DNA of 64,000 bases from Phaeosaccion multiseriatum (Eukaryota; Protista; Ochrophyta, other classes), in assembly GCA_965112735.1 (NCBI GenBank), contig OZ218963.1, forward strand, positions 2,170,001 through 2,234,000, read 5' to 3'. A model generated the notes under the pieces. That model was not told the DNA's origin and did not search any database. It was given only the letters and a program-made list of their open reading frames with translations. A program made the translations under genes and the position numbers. Of this stretch, positions 49,201-61,105 are shown piece after piece. How positions within the stretch are numbered: position 1 is the first letter of the stretch; the number at the start of each line of letters is the position of its first letter.

Positions 49201-51352
49201 ATGAGTCAGAAAGAGAACCCTTTAGCGAAGGAAATGGAACGGCCTTCTTTTCACTTGTTGCCCACTCCTTGTGAATGAGCGAACTCGGACCTTCTGCATG
49301 CGGTGCGTGTGCTTCCCTTTCCTCATTCATGCCCCCCCCCCCCCCCTCCTCTCCACAGATCGGCGACGAGCTGCGAGTTCGCGCCGTGCAGGTGGATGCT
49401 GCCAACGGCCGAGTGCGTCTGTCCATGCGCGAGGAAGGGGAGCGAGAGGCGCAGTCCGGCACCAGGAGCAATGACGTGTCTTCCTTCGACAACTTTGACC
49501 CCGAGGTGAGTGCATGTTTGTGTCGAGGGAAAGTAGAGGGACAGCTTTAGGTGTGGAGATCAAGGATGGTGTTTGTGTTTTTGTGATTGAGAAAGCCTTA
49601 TTCGTGTATTGTTTTGAGCTCGACAATTGTTTATCCACCGCAACGCAACCGCTTCGCTCGCTTTGCCCTGAAGCACCTGAAAGCACATCAGGAACAAACC
49701 GTAGTTACCATTCTTCTGGTCCATCCCTCGGGAACCCTCCTTTCTCCCTGTCCCCTCACTTGCTACCACGAACTTATCTGTCCCACGCTCAATAGGAGAT
49801 GATCGAAGGCACGGTCCAGCGTATCACCAACTTCGGAGCCTTCGTCAACATCGCCCCCAACTGTGATGCTCTGCTGCATATCAGCCAAATCAGCGACGAA
49901 CACACGGATCGCGTGGAGGACGTGCTGGAGGTCCGTGAATGCATAGTTTCAGTGTCACCTTCATTTATCATCCACCCTTTTAAGCATCATACCATGCAAC
50001 CAACTGTTTTGGGTTTGAGCTTGAGTTGTGACGATGTGATCATGTGGTGTGTGGGAGTGAGCTTTGTGTCGTTCGGTCGGTCGTTGTGGCAGTGAGCGAG
50101 AGGGGAGGGAGCTGTGTTCTGCTTCCAAGACAATGGACAATCACATGACAAAGCTTCTTTTTGTATGTTCTTCCTTCCTCTGTGCCGACCTTGCCCCTAC
50201 ACAAACACAAACAGGTTGGGCAAAAGGTCAATGTCAGGGTCATCAACGTCGATGCCGATACCAACAGAGTCGGAGTGTCGATGAAGGACTTCAGGGCCGG
50301 GGGAGAGGGTGGGGGAGGAGGAGGCCAGCAGAGGCGCGGAGGGGGAGGCGGCAAGAAGGATGTGTCGGCCTTTGTTGACTTTGACCCCACCAAGTTTATC
50401 CCCGGTACTGTGGTGAGCACCACTGCCTTCGGTGCGTTTGTGAGTGTGGCAGAGGGTGTGGACGGCCTGGTACACATTAGCCAGATTGCCAATGAGAGGG
50501 TAGAGTACGTGGAGGACTTTGTGCAAGTTGGGGACTCCGTGGAGGTGAGTGAGTGAGTGGTGTGAGTGAGTGAATGAGGGAGTGGTATACGTCAGGGAGG
50601 GAGGGAGTACGCGGACGCCGATACTCGACAAGGCCCATACAGGCTAGGCCGCGGCAGGCGGGCAGGGAGGAGGAAAGGAGCGATGGATGTTGCCTGAGAG
50701 CGGGCGCCGCTGCAGAGTGCCGTAGTGATTTGCATGCAGTGCATCGTTTTGTTCATGGCCTTACTTGGATTGTCAGTTAGTCCACGTTGGAGAGCTTTCC
50801 GCTGAATCAAAATGCCCCCCCCACCGTCCCCACTTGCTTTGTTCTGCTCTTCCCTCTCTTATCTTGAATGTCTGGATTTTGTTTCAGGTGCGTGTGCTGC
50901 GCGCCGACCCCGAGACTGGCAATGTGAGTTTGAGTATGGTGGAGGGCCGAGAGGACGAAGGCCAAGACAGCTACCAGCCAAGAGAAGAGTCACGCGAACC
51001 TCAGAATGAGGTTTCGTTTGGTGACGACGACATGTATTCCTTCGGCGATAGCGCGGCGGGGTATGCGGACGACCCGGTGGAGTCTAGCGAGGAGGGGGGT
51101 GCCGACAAACCCAAGAAGGAGCGGAAACCACGGGCAGCAAGCCCGTTCCCTGAGCAGAGCGACGAGCAGGCCGCCAGGAGTGGCGCGGCAGGAGGAGCAG
51201 GAGGAGCAGGACTAAACTACTTCACAGACCACTACGATGAGCCAGACTGGCAGAAGTACCTCGACGATTTTAACCGGGATCTTGACGAGAAGGAAGGTGC
51301 CTTCAAGTATAAGTTCGAGGAAGCGCCTAAGACATCGCAGAAGAAGAGGTAG
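46203..51352 (+). CDS. Plastid-targeted multi-S1-domain RNA-binding protein (ribosomal protein S1-like, six S1 repeats)
   Basis: [25 protein letters not shown] is a signal peptide + ASA-F motif (alternative ATG at 46182). Six spliced S1 motifs: [119 protein letters not shown]. Acidic tail; stop at 51350-51352. Confidence 0.88.
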
Positions 51353-52239
51353 GGGAGGCGTGTGGAAAAGGGCATTAGATGTATGGATTGATTGATTAGA
51401 GATTGAGTGGATTTGGAATAGTTCCTTTAGAAAGAGGCGACACTTTTACTACAACTGTATCACTGTAACAGAAAGGTCTTTCTGCTCTGTAATTAATCAT
51501 TTCGAGAGTGTACAATATACTTGATGATTGAGGGGTGTGCTTGTTTCTTTTCGCCCTTCGTTCTCCCGAGGAGTAGCGAGCATGCTTCTTCTTTTCTGCT
51601 CTTTGTTCTCCCTAACTTTTCCTGCTCTTTAGTTCTCCCGAGGAGGAGTAGGCGAACATGCGAGTGTCCGTCTCTGCCACCACGATGAGACGCGTGGACA
51701 GTCTCATCATCCTCTGCACAGAAACCCGATTGTGTAGACATAGATCCCCCCCCCGTTCCGTATCCCTCAGCCTGATACAAAGCATTCTGGCCTCCCTTCC
51801 TTCGCAAAGTGCCCTCCTGTCTTCTCTGTTCTCATCTCATACATCTTCATTACAGTATGTACCGTGCTCGCATTTGTCCACCTCTTCTCTACTTACGTAC
51901 TCTCTCCCTCTCTCGCCTCTACCTTAAAGCGAGTACCTGCTATTACCACTTACATGTAAGCTGCCGCTTCCGCCACCCACATTGAAGTAAAGTAAAACGA
52001 GAAGCCGTAGGATACTCTCGTCATCTAATCCGCCACGCACAGTACGGAAGGGACTCTCTGGGTGGTCATGACCGAGGAGAACGACCCTTCTCTCCCTCCT
52101 CCGAATCCAAAAGTACCGCTTTTCAAAAGCTGTCAGCCAGGGCACACGAACACGCAAACGCGCAATTGCAGCTCGTTCGGCCCGACCGCCCCCCCGCCCC
52201 CGGACCAGTGGGTCTTCATTTCGGTTTCATCCTTCTATT

Positions 52240-53652
52240 CTACTCCTTCCCGACACTCTCTTCAGACCCTGACACGGAGGCATCTACGCAAGCGGCACCG
52301 CCAGCTCCGTGCTCTTTAGGGCAGAGCACCACCCGGCCTTGCGCCTCCTCCTCATCCTCCTCCTCCTCATCCTCCTCCTCCTCCTCCTCCTCCTCCTCCT
52401 CCTCCTCCTCCTCCTCCTCCTCCTCCTCCTCCTCCTCCTCCTCCTCCTCCTCCTCCTCATCCTCAAGCCCATCCCAGCCCTCTTCAGAAGACTCGTCACC
52501 CTCGTCCTCGCCGGAAAAGTCTTGAAAAAAATGGCCATCCCTCTCCTCCTCGTCGTCGTCAAGGTACGACTCTCCTGAACATTGTCTGTTGATCACGTCT
52601 CCGACTGTCTCTCCCTCTCGGTCAGCCCCTCCCCCATGCCTCTCGTCCCCTCTGCCCGATGAAAATGCGCCTTCTCTTGACTCCATCATCATCTCGGTCT
52701 CATAGAGACGGGTCCGGCCTCGCGGCCCAGGACTAAGGCTCCGGCATTTGCTTCCTCCTCTCCACGTGCCCATTGCTTCGGACACGGAGCCGCGCCGTGT
52801 CAGAGGCAAGGGCCCCCCCCTTCCTCCTCCTCCTCCTCCTCCTCCTCCTTCAGCTGCGTCGCTCCCACCCTCCGCCAAGCTTTGACCAGCTCTCCCCTCC
52901 GCACCCCCCACGTCTCCCTCTCCTCCCCCCGTCCCCCTTTCCAATAACGTATCCGGACTATCTGAAGACTCCCCGCGTCTCGGCGGCGGAGGGGGCGAGC
53001 TACAGGACGGTGATGACGAAGGCACCTCTTCCCTCCTCACTGTAAATACTCTCCCTCGTTCTTCATGCCGACGATCCTGCTCCTGCTCTTTCTCCTCTTC
53101 CCCATCCACCTGGCCTGACTGGTGTATGAAATCTGAAAGGGCCTCAGCAGTTGGTGATACTGCATCAGCAGTAGCAGGGCTCGAGACAGTGGAGGCTGTG
53201 GCAGGCCCTCGCACGCATTCCCCCGCTTCTTTGGTATCATGAGGGGGGGGCGTAAGACAGCCTGACAAGGTCCCTCCTCCGCCATCGCCATCACCAAGTC
53301 CCTGTGCCCCGCTCGCGCTCACCCCCTGCTCCGTTCGCGACGCTTCCCTTGCGCACCTCCTGCCGCCGCCACTACTGTTGTTGCTCCTGCTACTACCGGG
53401 CACGATGGGATCAAGTTGGGGTCGCCCAATCTTCTCTGCCTTGTGCTGCTTGACGAACAACACTCTCTTCCCTCCTTCTAAAAGGTCCGCCACACACTGC
53501 CGATCGAGAGATGAGGCCTCTGATGCTTCCCCGCCCGTACTACTTCCCTCTCGCATACCTCCTGCACTGGAGTTTCCTCCCTTTCCGTCTTTCGGTTGCA
53601 GGGGTTGTAACTGACTGACCCTCTTCTGGGCCGCTCCCCCCCCCATGCTGCC

Positions 53653-53685
<33 letters not shown>

Positions 53686-55855
53686 ACAACGGTTGGTCCG
53701 GCTCATGCTATCTGATGAACGCTGGTGTGTGAGGATGTGCCTCTTACTCCTTTGACTGTGCGACGAAGAAGAAGTCCTCATCCCTTCTCCTCTCCCACCT
53801 GCTGCACCTCCTTTCGTACCCACGGGATAGGCCCCCTGCGCCAGCCTCCTGGTCATGCTCGCAAAAGCGTCGCTCATGGCTTCATCCGGCCAACGGAAGC
53901 ACGCCTGTAGAAACATGCCCACGCAATCGCGCACCGACAAGGGGCGAGCGTTGTTGTGACCGCCCTCGCACCTAATCAAGTACATTGGGCCTATACAATT
54001 TTGAGCAAAGAGAGCATGGCAAGGGTTGGGGTGGGGTGGAGCGAAGGCAGGCAGGGTAGGGAGGGAGGGAGGGAGGGAGGGAGGGGAAGGAGAAGGGGGG
54101 GGGGAGGTGCAGGGGTGAAGCGTGGGGGACACAAGAAGGGAAGGGCGGGTGTGGAGGCTGAGGATCATGCCCCATCGCCATTTGAGTAGCGCTTAGGTAT
54201 TAAAAGACGGGGTCCTCCTCCCCTCCCCAACAAACAAGTCTCATGTCACCGAAAAAAGTCGGCAAAAGCCCCTCCAACGATTCCTTGACTTCTCACTCCG
54301 CCCTCATGACCGCTGCGGAAGAGAGGATGACAGGAAAGAAACCAAACAGAGAAAGGAAGGAGAGAAGAAAAAAGGCGCTTTGCGACTGACTGACTGACTG
54401 ACTGACTGTCTGGCTGACTGGCTGACTGACTGGCTTACGTCACCGACCTACGCACTTACCTCCATACATCTCTGCAATCATCTCCCCATGAGTGCAAGGC
54501 ACCATTTTGTCAGCCTTGGCAGCGATAAACAAGCCAGGGCACAGGATCTTGGGTGCGCCTGCCAAAGGCTCGAGACGCTTCAGGTCGGCATGTGTTCGCT
54601 TCCTGACGCTGCGGCGGATCAAAGCGAGGGCGGCCTTGAGGGCCACTGTGGGCACGTTGATTTGGCCCATCTTGACCAGGTCCAGGGCCAGCAGGCGGAA
54701 GGACGCGAAGGGGGAGTCAAGCACCAGACCGGAAACCTTTGAAGAGCCGTACGCCGCCGCATAGAGCAGAGCACTGGCAGCGCCCATGCTGCGGCCCCAG
54801 AGAGTCACTCGCCCCGCCATCTTCTTCTGTTGTGTTCGTCAAGGTGAGTAGTGGGCGGGGCGAGGTGGTGCAGCAGTTGGTCGTGTGAGAAGGGGGTCGC
54901 ATAGGCGAGAGAGGTTGAGCCGCGCGGATAGTCGGCAAGAGCGAACCTGTTTCATACAGTCACGCTCATCTCCACCACCTTCCTCCTGACGTACGCACCT
55001 AAGAATCCCCCTCCCGCCCCCCCTAACGCCCCACTCTCCCGCTCTCTTGTCTCTCTCCCTCCCCCGCCCCCGGCCTCCGCTCCCTTCCCCTCCACCCCTC
55101 CCTTCCTTTTACACGCTGGATACTCCGCTCCATTCCCTTCCTCCCTTCCTTCCTTCCTTCCCGCTTACATGCTGTATATGGGCGAGTACGTCAGCAACAT
55201 CGTGGTGCTCAAAGCAGCCGAGCGTTACAAAGTCTCCCTCCGAGCGGCCTGACCCCGCGAAGTCAAAGGCCACCACCGTGCACCCCATCTTGCCGAGCAT
55301 ATTGAGTGCCCTCGTTCGCACCACGTCCACCCGGGCGCTACTGTTGCCGTGAAGGTACACGACGCAGGGGAGAAGGGAAGGGTCATTGACGAAGGAGGGC
55401 CGCCACTGGCTCCCCTTGAGGCATAGGCCTCGGCGGTTGACGACCTCGAAATCAGTTCGACACATGGACGACCCACCGCCGGTGTTGACAACGTCGGGCC
55501 CCAACTCGTGCGGCGTGTACAGACACCGAGGAGGTCTGGTGATGGCCGCCACGAGGGAGTCGTAGCCATCTTGAATCTGACTGATGGTGCCCTTCTTTTT
55601 ACGGCTGCCGCACTCTTCTTCCTCCTTGCTCGTTCCTTCCGTATTTCCACTTGTGCTCGTCCGTGGACGGACCCCCCCGCCCCCCTTCCCCCTCTGCCGG
55701 CCCGAAGGTGCTTGTCGCGCGTTTGCAATCGTTGAGGGCAGGCTAAAATATGACACATCATGGCGGGCCTCTCCCCCCCTTTGGTGATTCCGTAGCTTGA
55801 ACCGATGCTTCACTCTGTCGTGATGTGAACAGTAATGCGCAAGGCAGTCCTTCAA
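52240..55855 (-). CDS. Alpha/beta-fold serine hydrolase with a long low-complexity C-terminal tail (start codon not identified)
   Basis: Exons ..-55169, 54826-54460 and 53990-52240 splice in frame. Motifs: RPPRCLY, CVVYLHGNSSARVD, AFDFAGSGRSEGDFVTLG, nucleophile LWGRSMGA, LVLDSPF, AKADKMV (Asp), EGGHN (His). Confidence 0.88.
52345..52462 (-). repeat. (GAG)n trinucleotide tract encoding poly-Glu in the hydrolase tail
   Basis: (CTC)n on +, in frame with ORF 52240-54168. Confidence 0.85.
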
Positions 55856-55862
55856 GCCGCAG

Positions 55863-56112
55863 GGAGGAGGAGGAGGAGGGGGGGGAGGAGGAGGAGGATG
55901 GAAGAGAAAGAGGAAGAGGAGGATGGAGGAGGAGGAGGAGGAGGAGGAGGAGGAGGAGGAGGAGGAGGAGGAGGAGGAGGAGGAGAGGAGGAGGAGGAGG
56001 AGGAGGAGGAGGAGGAGGAGGAGGAGGAGGAGGAGGAGGAGGAGGAGGAGGAGGAGGAGGAGGAGGAGGAGGAGGAGGAGGAGGAGGAGAAGGAGGAGGA
56101 GGAGGAGGAGGA
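55863..56112 (+). repeat. ~250-bp (GAG)n trinucleotide tract between the divergent hydrolase and hisG genes
   Basis: Directly visible, with one phase slip near 55985. Confidence 0.95.
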
Positions 56113-56671
56113 GAACGAATGAGGGGCTGAACGAGGAGCGCGGCGAATGATTGAAGGAGGGCGAAGGACGCCGAAGTTGAGCCCCTTAGAAAAAAGGAGG
56201 GGCGATGCGTACCTCACAATACACGGTGCTTATCCTGTCGCATTTACAGCATACGCCCTGGAGGCGACAGGAGGACACCTGCTTCAGCTGCCCTGGCCTC
56301 TCTGTCACTGGCGCATCGTTTGGGAAGGTCGTTCCGGGGAAGAGGGATGTCGACATCTCCCCCGCTTTCCGCCCCTCTTCCTCTCTACCAGGTCTGGGAA
56401 GAGACAGCCTTCTCTTTACGGGTAAAGTCTGCAAGGAAAGGACCCATCAATCCTGTTCTCTCTCTCGGCCCAAACAAACAACGAATCGCGATATTGTAAA
56501 AAGGGAAAAATGAAAAATGAGGGGCAACAATTTCAATTTGCCCGTTCACTGACATCCAAACTCTCCAATCCCTCCATCCCTCCCTCCCTCCCTCCCTCCC
56601 TCCCTCCCTTTATTTCAACTCTTCTCTTCTCCCTCTTTGCCCAGAGCTTAGTCCGAGGCAACCCAGAATAG

Positions 56672-58863
56672 ATGGCAAATAGTACTATTGTGGCAAAGAT
56701 GATCCCCTCCGACCACGCGATTTTCGCCGTGCCCAAGAAAGGCAGGCTCTACGACAAGGTCATGAAGCTTGTGGCCGGAGCTGGGCTGGAGCACACACGG
56801 GTGAGGTAGGGGTGAGAACGGGCTGATTGAGAGGCAGCCTTGGGGGTAGCTTTGATGCATGTCTTCAATGAGAAGGTCAGAGATGAGATTGAGAGAAGGC
56901 TTAGCAGATAGGTGTGGATCAGTTGTGTCCCTCCAAATGTTGAGAGCACAGCGCTTGTGCTTTCGTCTCAGCAACACCCCACGGCCCCAACGCGGATGCC
57001 TCCAATTTCTCGGCTCCACTGCTGCTGCTCCTGCGGCTAACTGCTGCTACCCCCTGTCCCCCCCCCCCCCGACCTAACGCGGATCCACTCCGATACCTCC
57101 TCACACAGCCGGATCGAGTGGATATCGCGCCTTGCACCAACCTCCCCGTGACCCTGGTGTTCCTCCCAGCTCACGACATTGCGTCGTACGTGGGGGAGGG
57201 CAACGTGGACATAGGCATCACAGGCACGGACGTGGTGCAGGAGACAGAGGGGGGTAACGAACAGCTCCAAGTTGCCATGGAGCTGGGCTTCGGCAAATGC
57301 AGACTCTGCGTGCAGGTGAGGAACGTACGTCGCTTGGCGCGCGCCGTCTGATACGCGTGTCATCGTCGATGCCGGTACATTTCGGGAATGAATAGTTGGA
57401 ACCAACGTTCGTGTTTGTCTGCTGCTGTCGCGTCCACTCCCTTCCCTCCCTCCGCGGCTACCAGGCCCCCGTTGTGAGCAAAGTCACTGACGTGAGCTCA
57501 CTGGCGGGCAAGCGTATCGTCACATCCTTCCCCGAGCTGACAAAGAAGTTCTTCAAGGAGCACGAAAAGGAAGGCGTGAGCACGAGTGAGTCTGGGTTGG
57601 AGTGCTGGAAAACGAACTCGTCTCTGTCTCGTCCCCCCTCTCTCTGTCCTGACTTCTTGTCTTCTCTTCTTTTCTCCTCTTGCTCTCCTCCGCCTCTTCC
57701 TCCTGCTCCTCCTGCTCCTCCTGCTCCTCCTCCTCCTCCTGCTGCTGCTGCTGCTCCTCCCACCCATCTTCTCTCCAGACGTCAAATACGTATCAGGATC
57801 AGTGGAGGCGGCATGTAGTCTGGGCCTGGCGGACGCAGTGGTGGATCTCGTCGAGACAGGCACCACCATGAAGGCTGCTGGGCTGGAGGTTGTCACTGAT
57901 GTGCTGCACTCTCAGTGTGTGCTGCTCGTCAACAAGGAGACCAAGCACCGCGACCTGGTTGACGTGATTGTTCAGAGAATCGAGGGCTGGATGACGGCGG
58001 AAAAGTACGTCATGATTAGCTACAATGTGGAGAGGGACAACCTTGTCAAGGCCATTTCGGTGAGTGAGTGAATTATGAGCGAAGTAAAGAAGAGGTTGAG
58101 GTTGAGGCTGGTAGAACTAAGCCTCAGAGGCGAATCATGCAACCGAAGGCCCTCTCCTTCCTCTGCCCCCCCCCCCCCCCTGTCGGCGGCAAGAGGTTCA
58201 CTCTCTACAGTTTAGATAGCGCCACCAGGGTATCGCACAGAGTGCAACACAGAGCCTCGCACGCGTTCCCCTCCTCCCTCTTGTCCTGTGCACTTTCGGC
58301 CCAAGGGGAACAAGACTTAAATGTTTTTTTCCTTGCTCGCAGCTCACTTCGTTGCACCACCCACACCTCCTCCCCCCTCCGACCAACTTGGGCGATACAG
58401 ATTACGCCGGGGAAGCGCTCTCCCACTGTGAGCTCCCTCGAAGACGGGGAATGGGTAGCAGTGCAGGTAAGTTTAGCTCTGAGCAGTTTTTCAGTGTTCA
58501 GTATCGAACCCACAAATGGGGCCGATGTCGAAAGTTTCTGTGCTTACACTGAGTACATGAGCACCGAGCACTGGCACTGAGTACTACTCTACTCACGCTC
58601 AAAAGCCCACATGGGAGCGGAACTTGAAACGTGGAGTTACTGTGTCTCTCCTCGGCGACCCTTCCGGTACCAGGCATGCCACCCAACTCACCCCTCTTCC
58701 TCTTCTCTCGTCTCTCTGTTGTGTTGTTGTCGTTGCTTCCCGGCCTCTCTCGCCGCCGCAGTCTCTGATATTGAAGAAGGACGTGAGCCTGATCATGGAC
58801 AAGGTGAAGGCTGCGGGTGGCTGCGATATTCTCATATTTGCTTTACAAAACACGCGGATGTAG
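56672..58863 (+). CDS. hisG: ATP phosphoribosyltransferase (long form, HisG/HIS1); 6 exons
   Basis: Exons 56672-56800, 57109-57315, 57465-57585, 57779-58059, 58401-58466 and 58762-58863. Motifs: FAVPKKGRL, FLPAHDIASYVGEGNVDIGITGTD, LGFGKCRLCVQAP, RIVTSFP, YVSGSVEAACSLGLADAVVDLVETGTTMKAAGL, ITPGKRSPTVSSL, MDKVKAAGGCDIL. Confidence 0.97.
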
Positions 58864-59724
58864 AGGCGGACGAGAGGGGCGGCTTTGTGAGAACTCTCCT
58901 CTGCTGGGAGAGAGAGAGAGAGATCACATGTAATGTATGGAAGAAGTGAGAGACCATCGGTTGGAAGCGCTACATACTTTAATTTTTTTAACACTCGATT
59001 TGCGTAAGAATCGCCCAAATCCCCCCAAATAAAAATAGCTCCTTCTTTCCCTCTCTTTTCGGCTTTCATACTCAGTATCCTATGTGCGTAGGTGGTCGTT
59101 TAGGACTAGCATGCGATAAGTTAATTGAGGGAAGGCTGGCTGCTAGGCTGGCTTTGGGGTTGCTGTTACCTTGTCCATGTGTCTAGTTCCATCCTATCTG
59201 TAGGCGACAGCGCATGTCGTTATACAAAATAGTGACACCCAAACGATCTCCCCCCCCCCCCCCCCTTAGCGAGTTTGAACATGCGCATCGTGTTGCCCTC
59301 GTCGAGACAAGTTGAAGGCGGCGGCGGCCGGTATTGTTGCCTCCTGCAACCTCCATCAAGTTCAGTTCTGTGGCCCTGCAGCGTAGGAGGCCTAACAAAC
59401 TGAAACTCCTGTTCCTTACGTAAAGGCCATGCGCCTTACGTTAGGGCCATGCGGGTCTTACGTAAGGGTGTCTTGCAGCCCAGAGGGCCCTCCCCCCCTC
59501 CCCCCCCCCCTAAAATGCCTCTATCGCCGAGTTGAGCAGTTTTGGTTACGCGGCCCAAATGTTTCTCTTATTTCCTCTCCACTTTGAGGCACTTTCCGAA
59601 AGGGCCCTCCGAGTGGTATGCGAAAGTCACACTGCGCGCTACCCTAAGGGTGCATACGCCCCACTGACCATCTTGCCAACATAGCCCGATCTATAGATGC
59701 ACGAAAGAGAACACGCAGAGAGAG

Positions 59725-60890
59725 TCAAAGGGTGATGTCAAATGTACTCATGTACCATACCAGCCTGGCCTGGCTGTCTCTGAAGTACCCTCCTGCTTCA
59801 AGGAGCAGCTTGCTAAGACCATCGAGACGACAGGGCAGCTTCGTGGAGCTGCCCTTGCAGCAATTCCAAGGAGAGAAGTGGCACGTATTTAGCGTCCACG
59901 GGAAACCAAAAGGATCCGCCCTCAGCAAAGGCAGAGGAGCATCCTTGCGTAATTCTTGCCCTTGTAAGGCTGGCAATCAGCACAAAAGATCTTGAGGCCA
60001 GTGGACAAAAAGCTCGCCAGCTGCCCGAAGGGCGCCGAAGGGGCTGTCGCCGCTGGCAAGCACGTCGGCAGTACTCATACACCGGAGTGTGTCTGCGTCA
60101 TTTCCGTTTGTGTGAAGCACGCGGTGACACAGTTGGGTTGTGCTCTCAGTCACAAACGTGCTGTGGCGCACGCCAAAACCACACACACCGCCCTTTTCCC
60201 TCTCTGGACAGTGGTCCGGCCGCTTACGTTCATGACACTGGCGAGTCTCTTCGGCGCTAATGACGAGATTAGGGAAGTTGTTGAATGTGTTCGTTGCCAA
60301 GTCCGGACAAAATGCCTTTGTCTCCGTGAAGTAGTGAAACAGCGGCGGGCCATGCGAACCCTCCATTGCTTGATTGATGAAGCTCATCAACTTGTTCATG
60401 ATACCGCTCAGTTCCACAAGCCTTGCTTTACCGTGTCCATCGAGCGCGTCCCCGAGTCAAATGTAGAAGGCCACGTTCAGCCCCCCCCCCCCCCTAGCCA
60501 CAGTCTGGGAGATGCTCATAGCCAGGTCGAGGGAGTTCGTTGAAAGCATATCTGATGCGATACAGCATCTTCATGTACGGTGAAGCGGAGGGGGCGCCAC
60601 AGCAAGCCTATTCCAGGGCTCCCCATCCAAGAGCAGGTCGGTGCATTTATCAGCATCGACTCGATACCTTCGCGTGTCCCTGTTGCGCCTTGCAGCTGCT
60701 TCATCAATTTGGCGTGGTTGCGCTTGGTAATGATCAAGGGATATTCTGTACCCATTCCTCGGGTGAGCTGGTGTGCTCTTGCAGGTCGAAAAACTCTTTC
60801 CAGTCCTCGTCTGAGCTGTGGTAACCCCCCCCCCCGGTAGACACCTCCCATGCCGCCTTGCCTCCTCTGTCACCCTGGTGGTTCTTCCCA
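59725..60890 (-). pseudogene. Possible degenerate coding sequence of unknown family
   Basis: A nearly microsatellite-free stretch whose protein-like fragments (SDEDWKEFFDLQEHTSSPEEWVQNIP / LIITKRNHAKLMKQL / VELSGIMNKLMSFINQAME..FHYF..CPDL..FPNLVISAEETRQC / LSKLLLEAGGYFRDSQARLVWYMSTFDITL*) switch frame repeatedly and contain stops. No family recognised. Confidence 0.3.
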
Positions 60891-61105
60891 CGAATGCAAG
60901 AGACGAGTATCAGCGGGGGGCATCCCCACCTCCTCAAAAGGAGAGGAAGGAAGGAAGGGGGATAGATGGGGAGAGGAAGAAGAAAAAAGAAAGAGGGAAA
61001 GGAGAGAGAGAAGTTTGGGTTTCGCCTTCCTTTCCATCCTCTCCTTCCCCTCCTTCCCTCATTGTTAACTCCGTCCACCTTGTCCATAACTCGCAAGGGA
61101 CGACT

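Noticed and set aside
55825-56217. Poly-Gly/Glu/Arg/Ser/Pro ORFs over the GAG tract
   Set aside because: A trinucleotide repeat is stop-free in all frames, so these ORFs are not evidence of separate genes.
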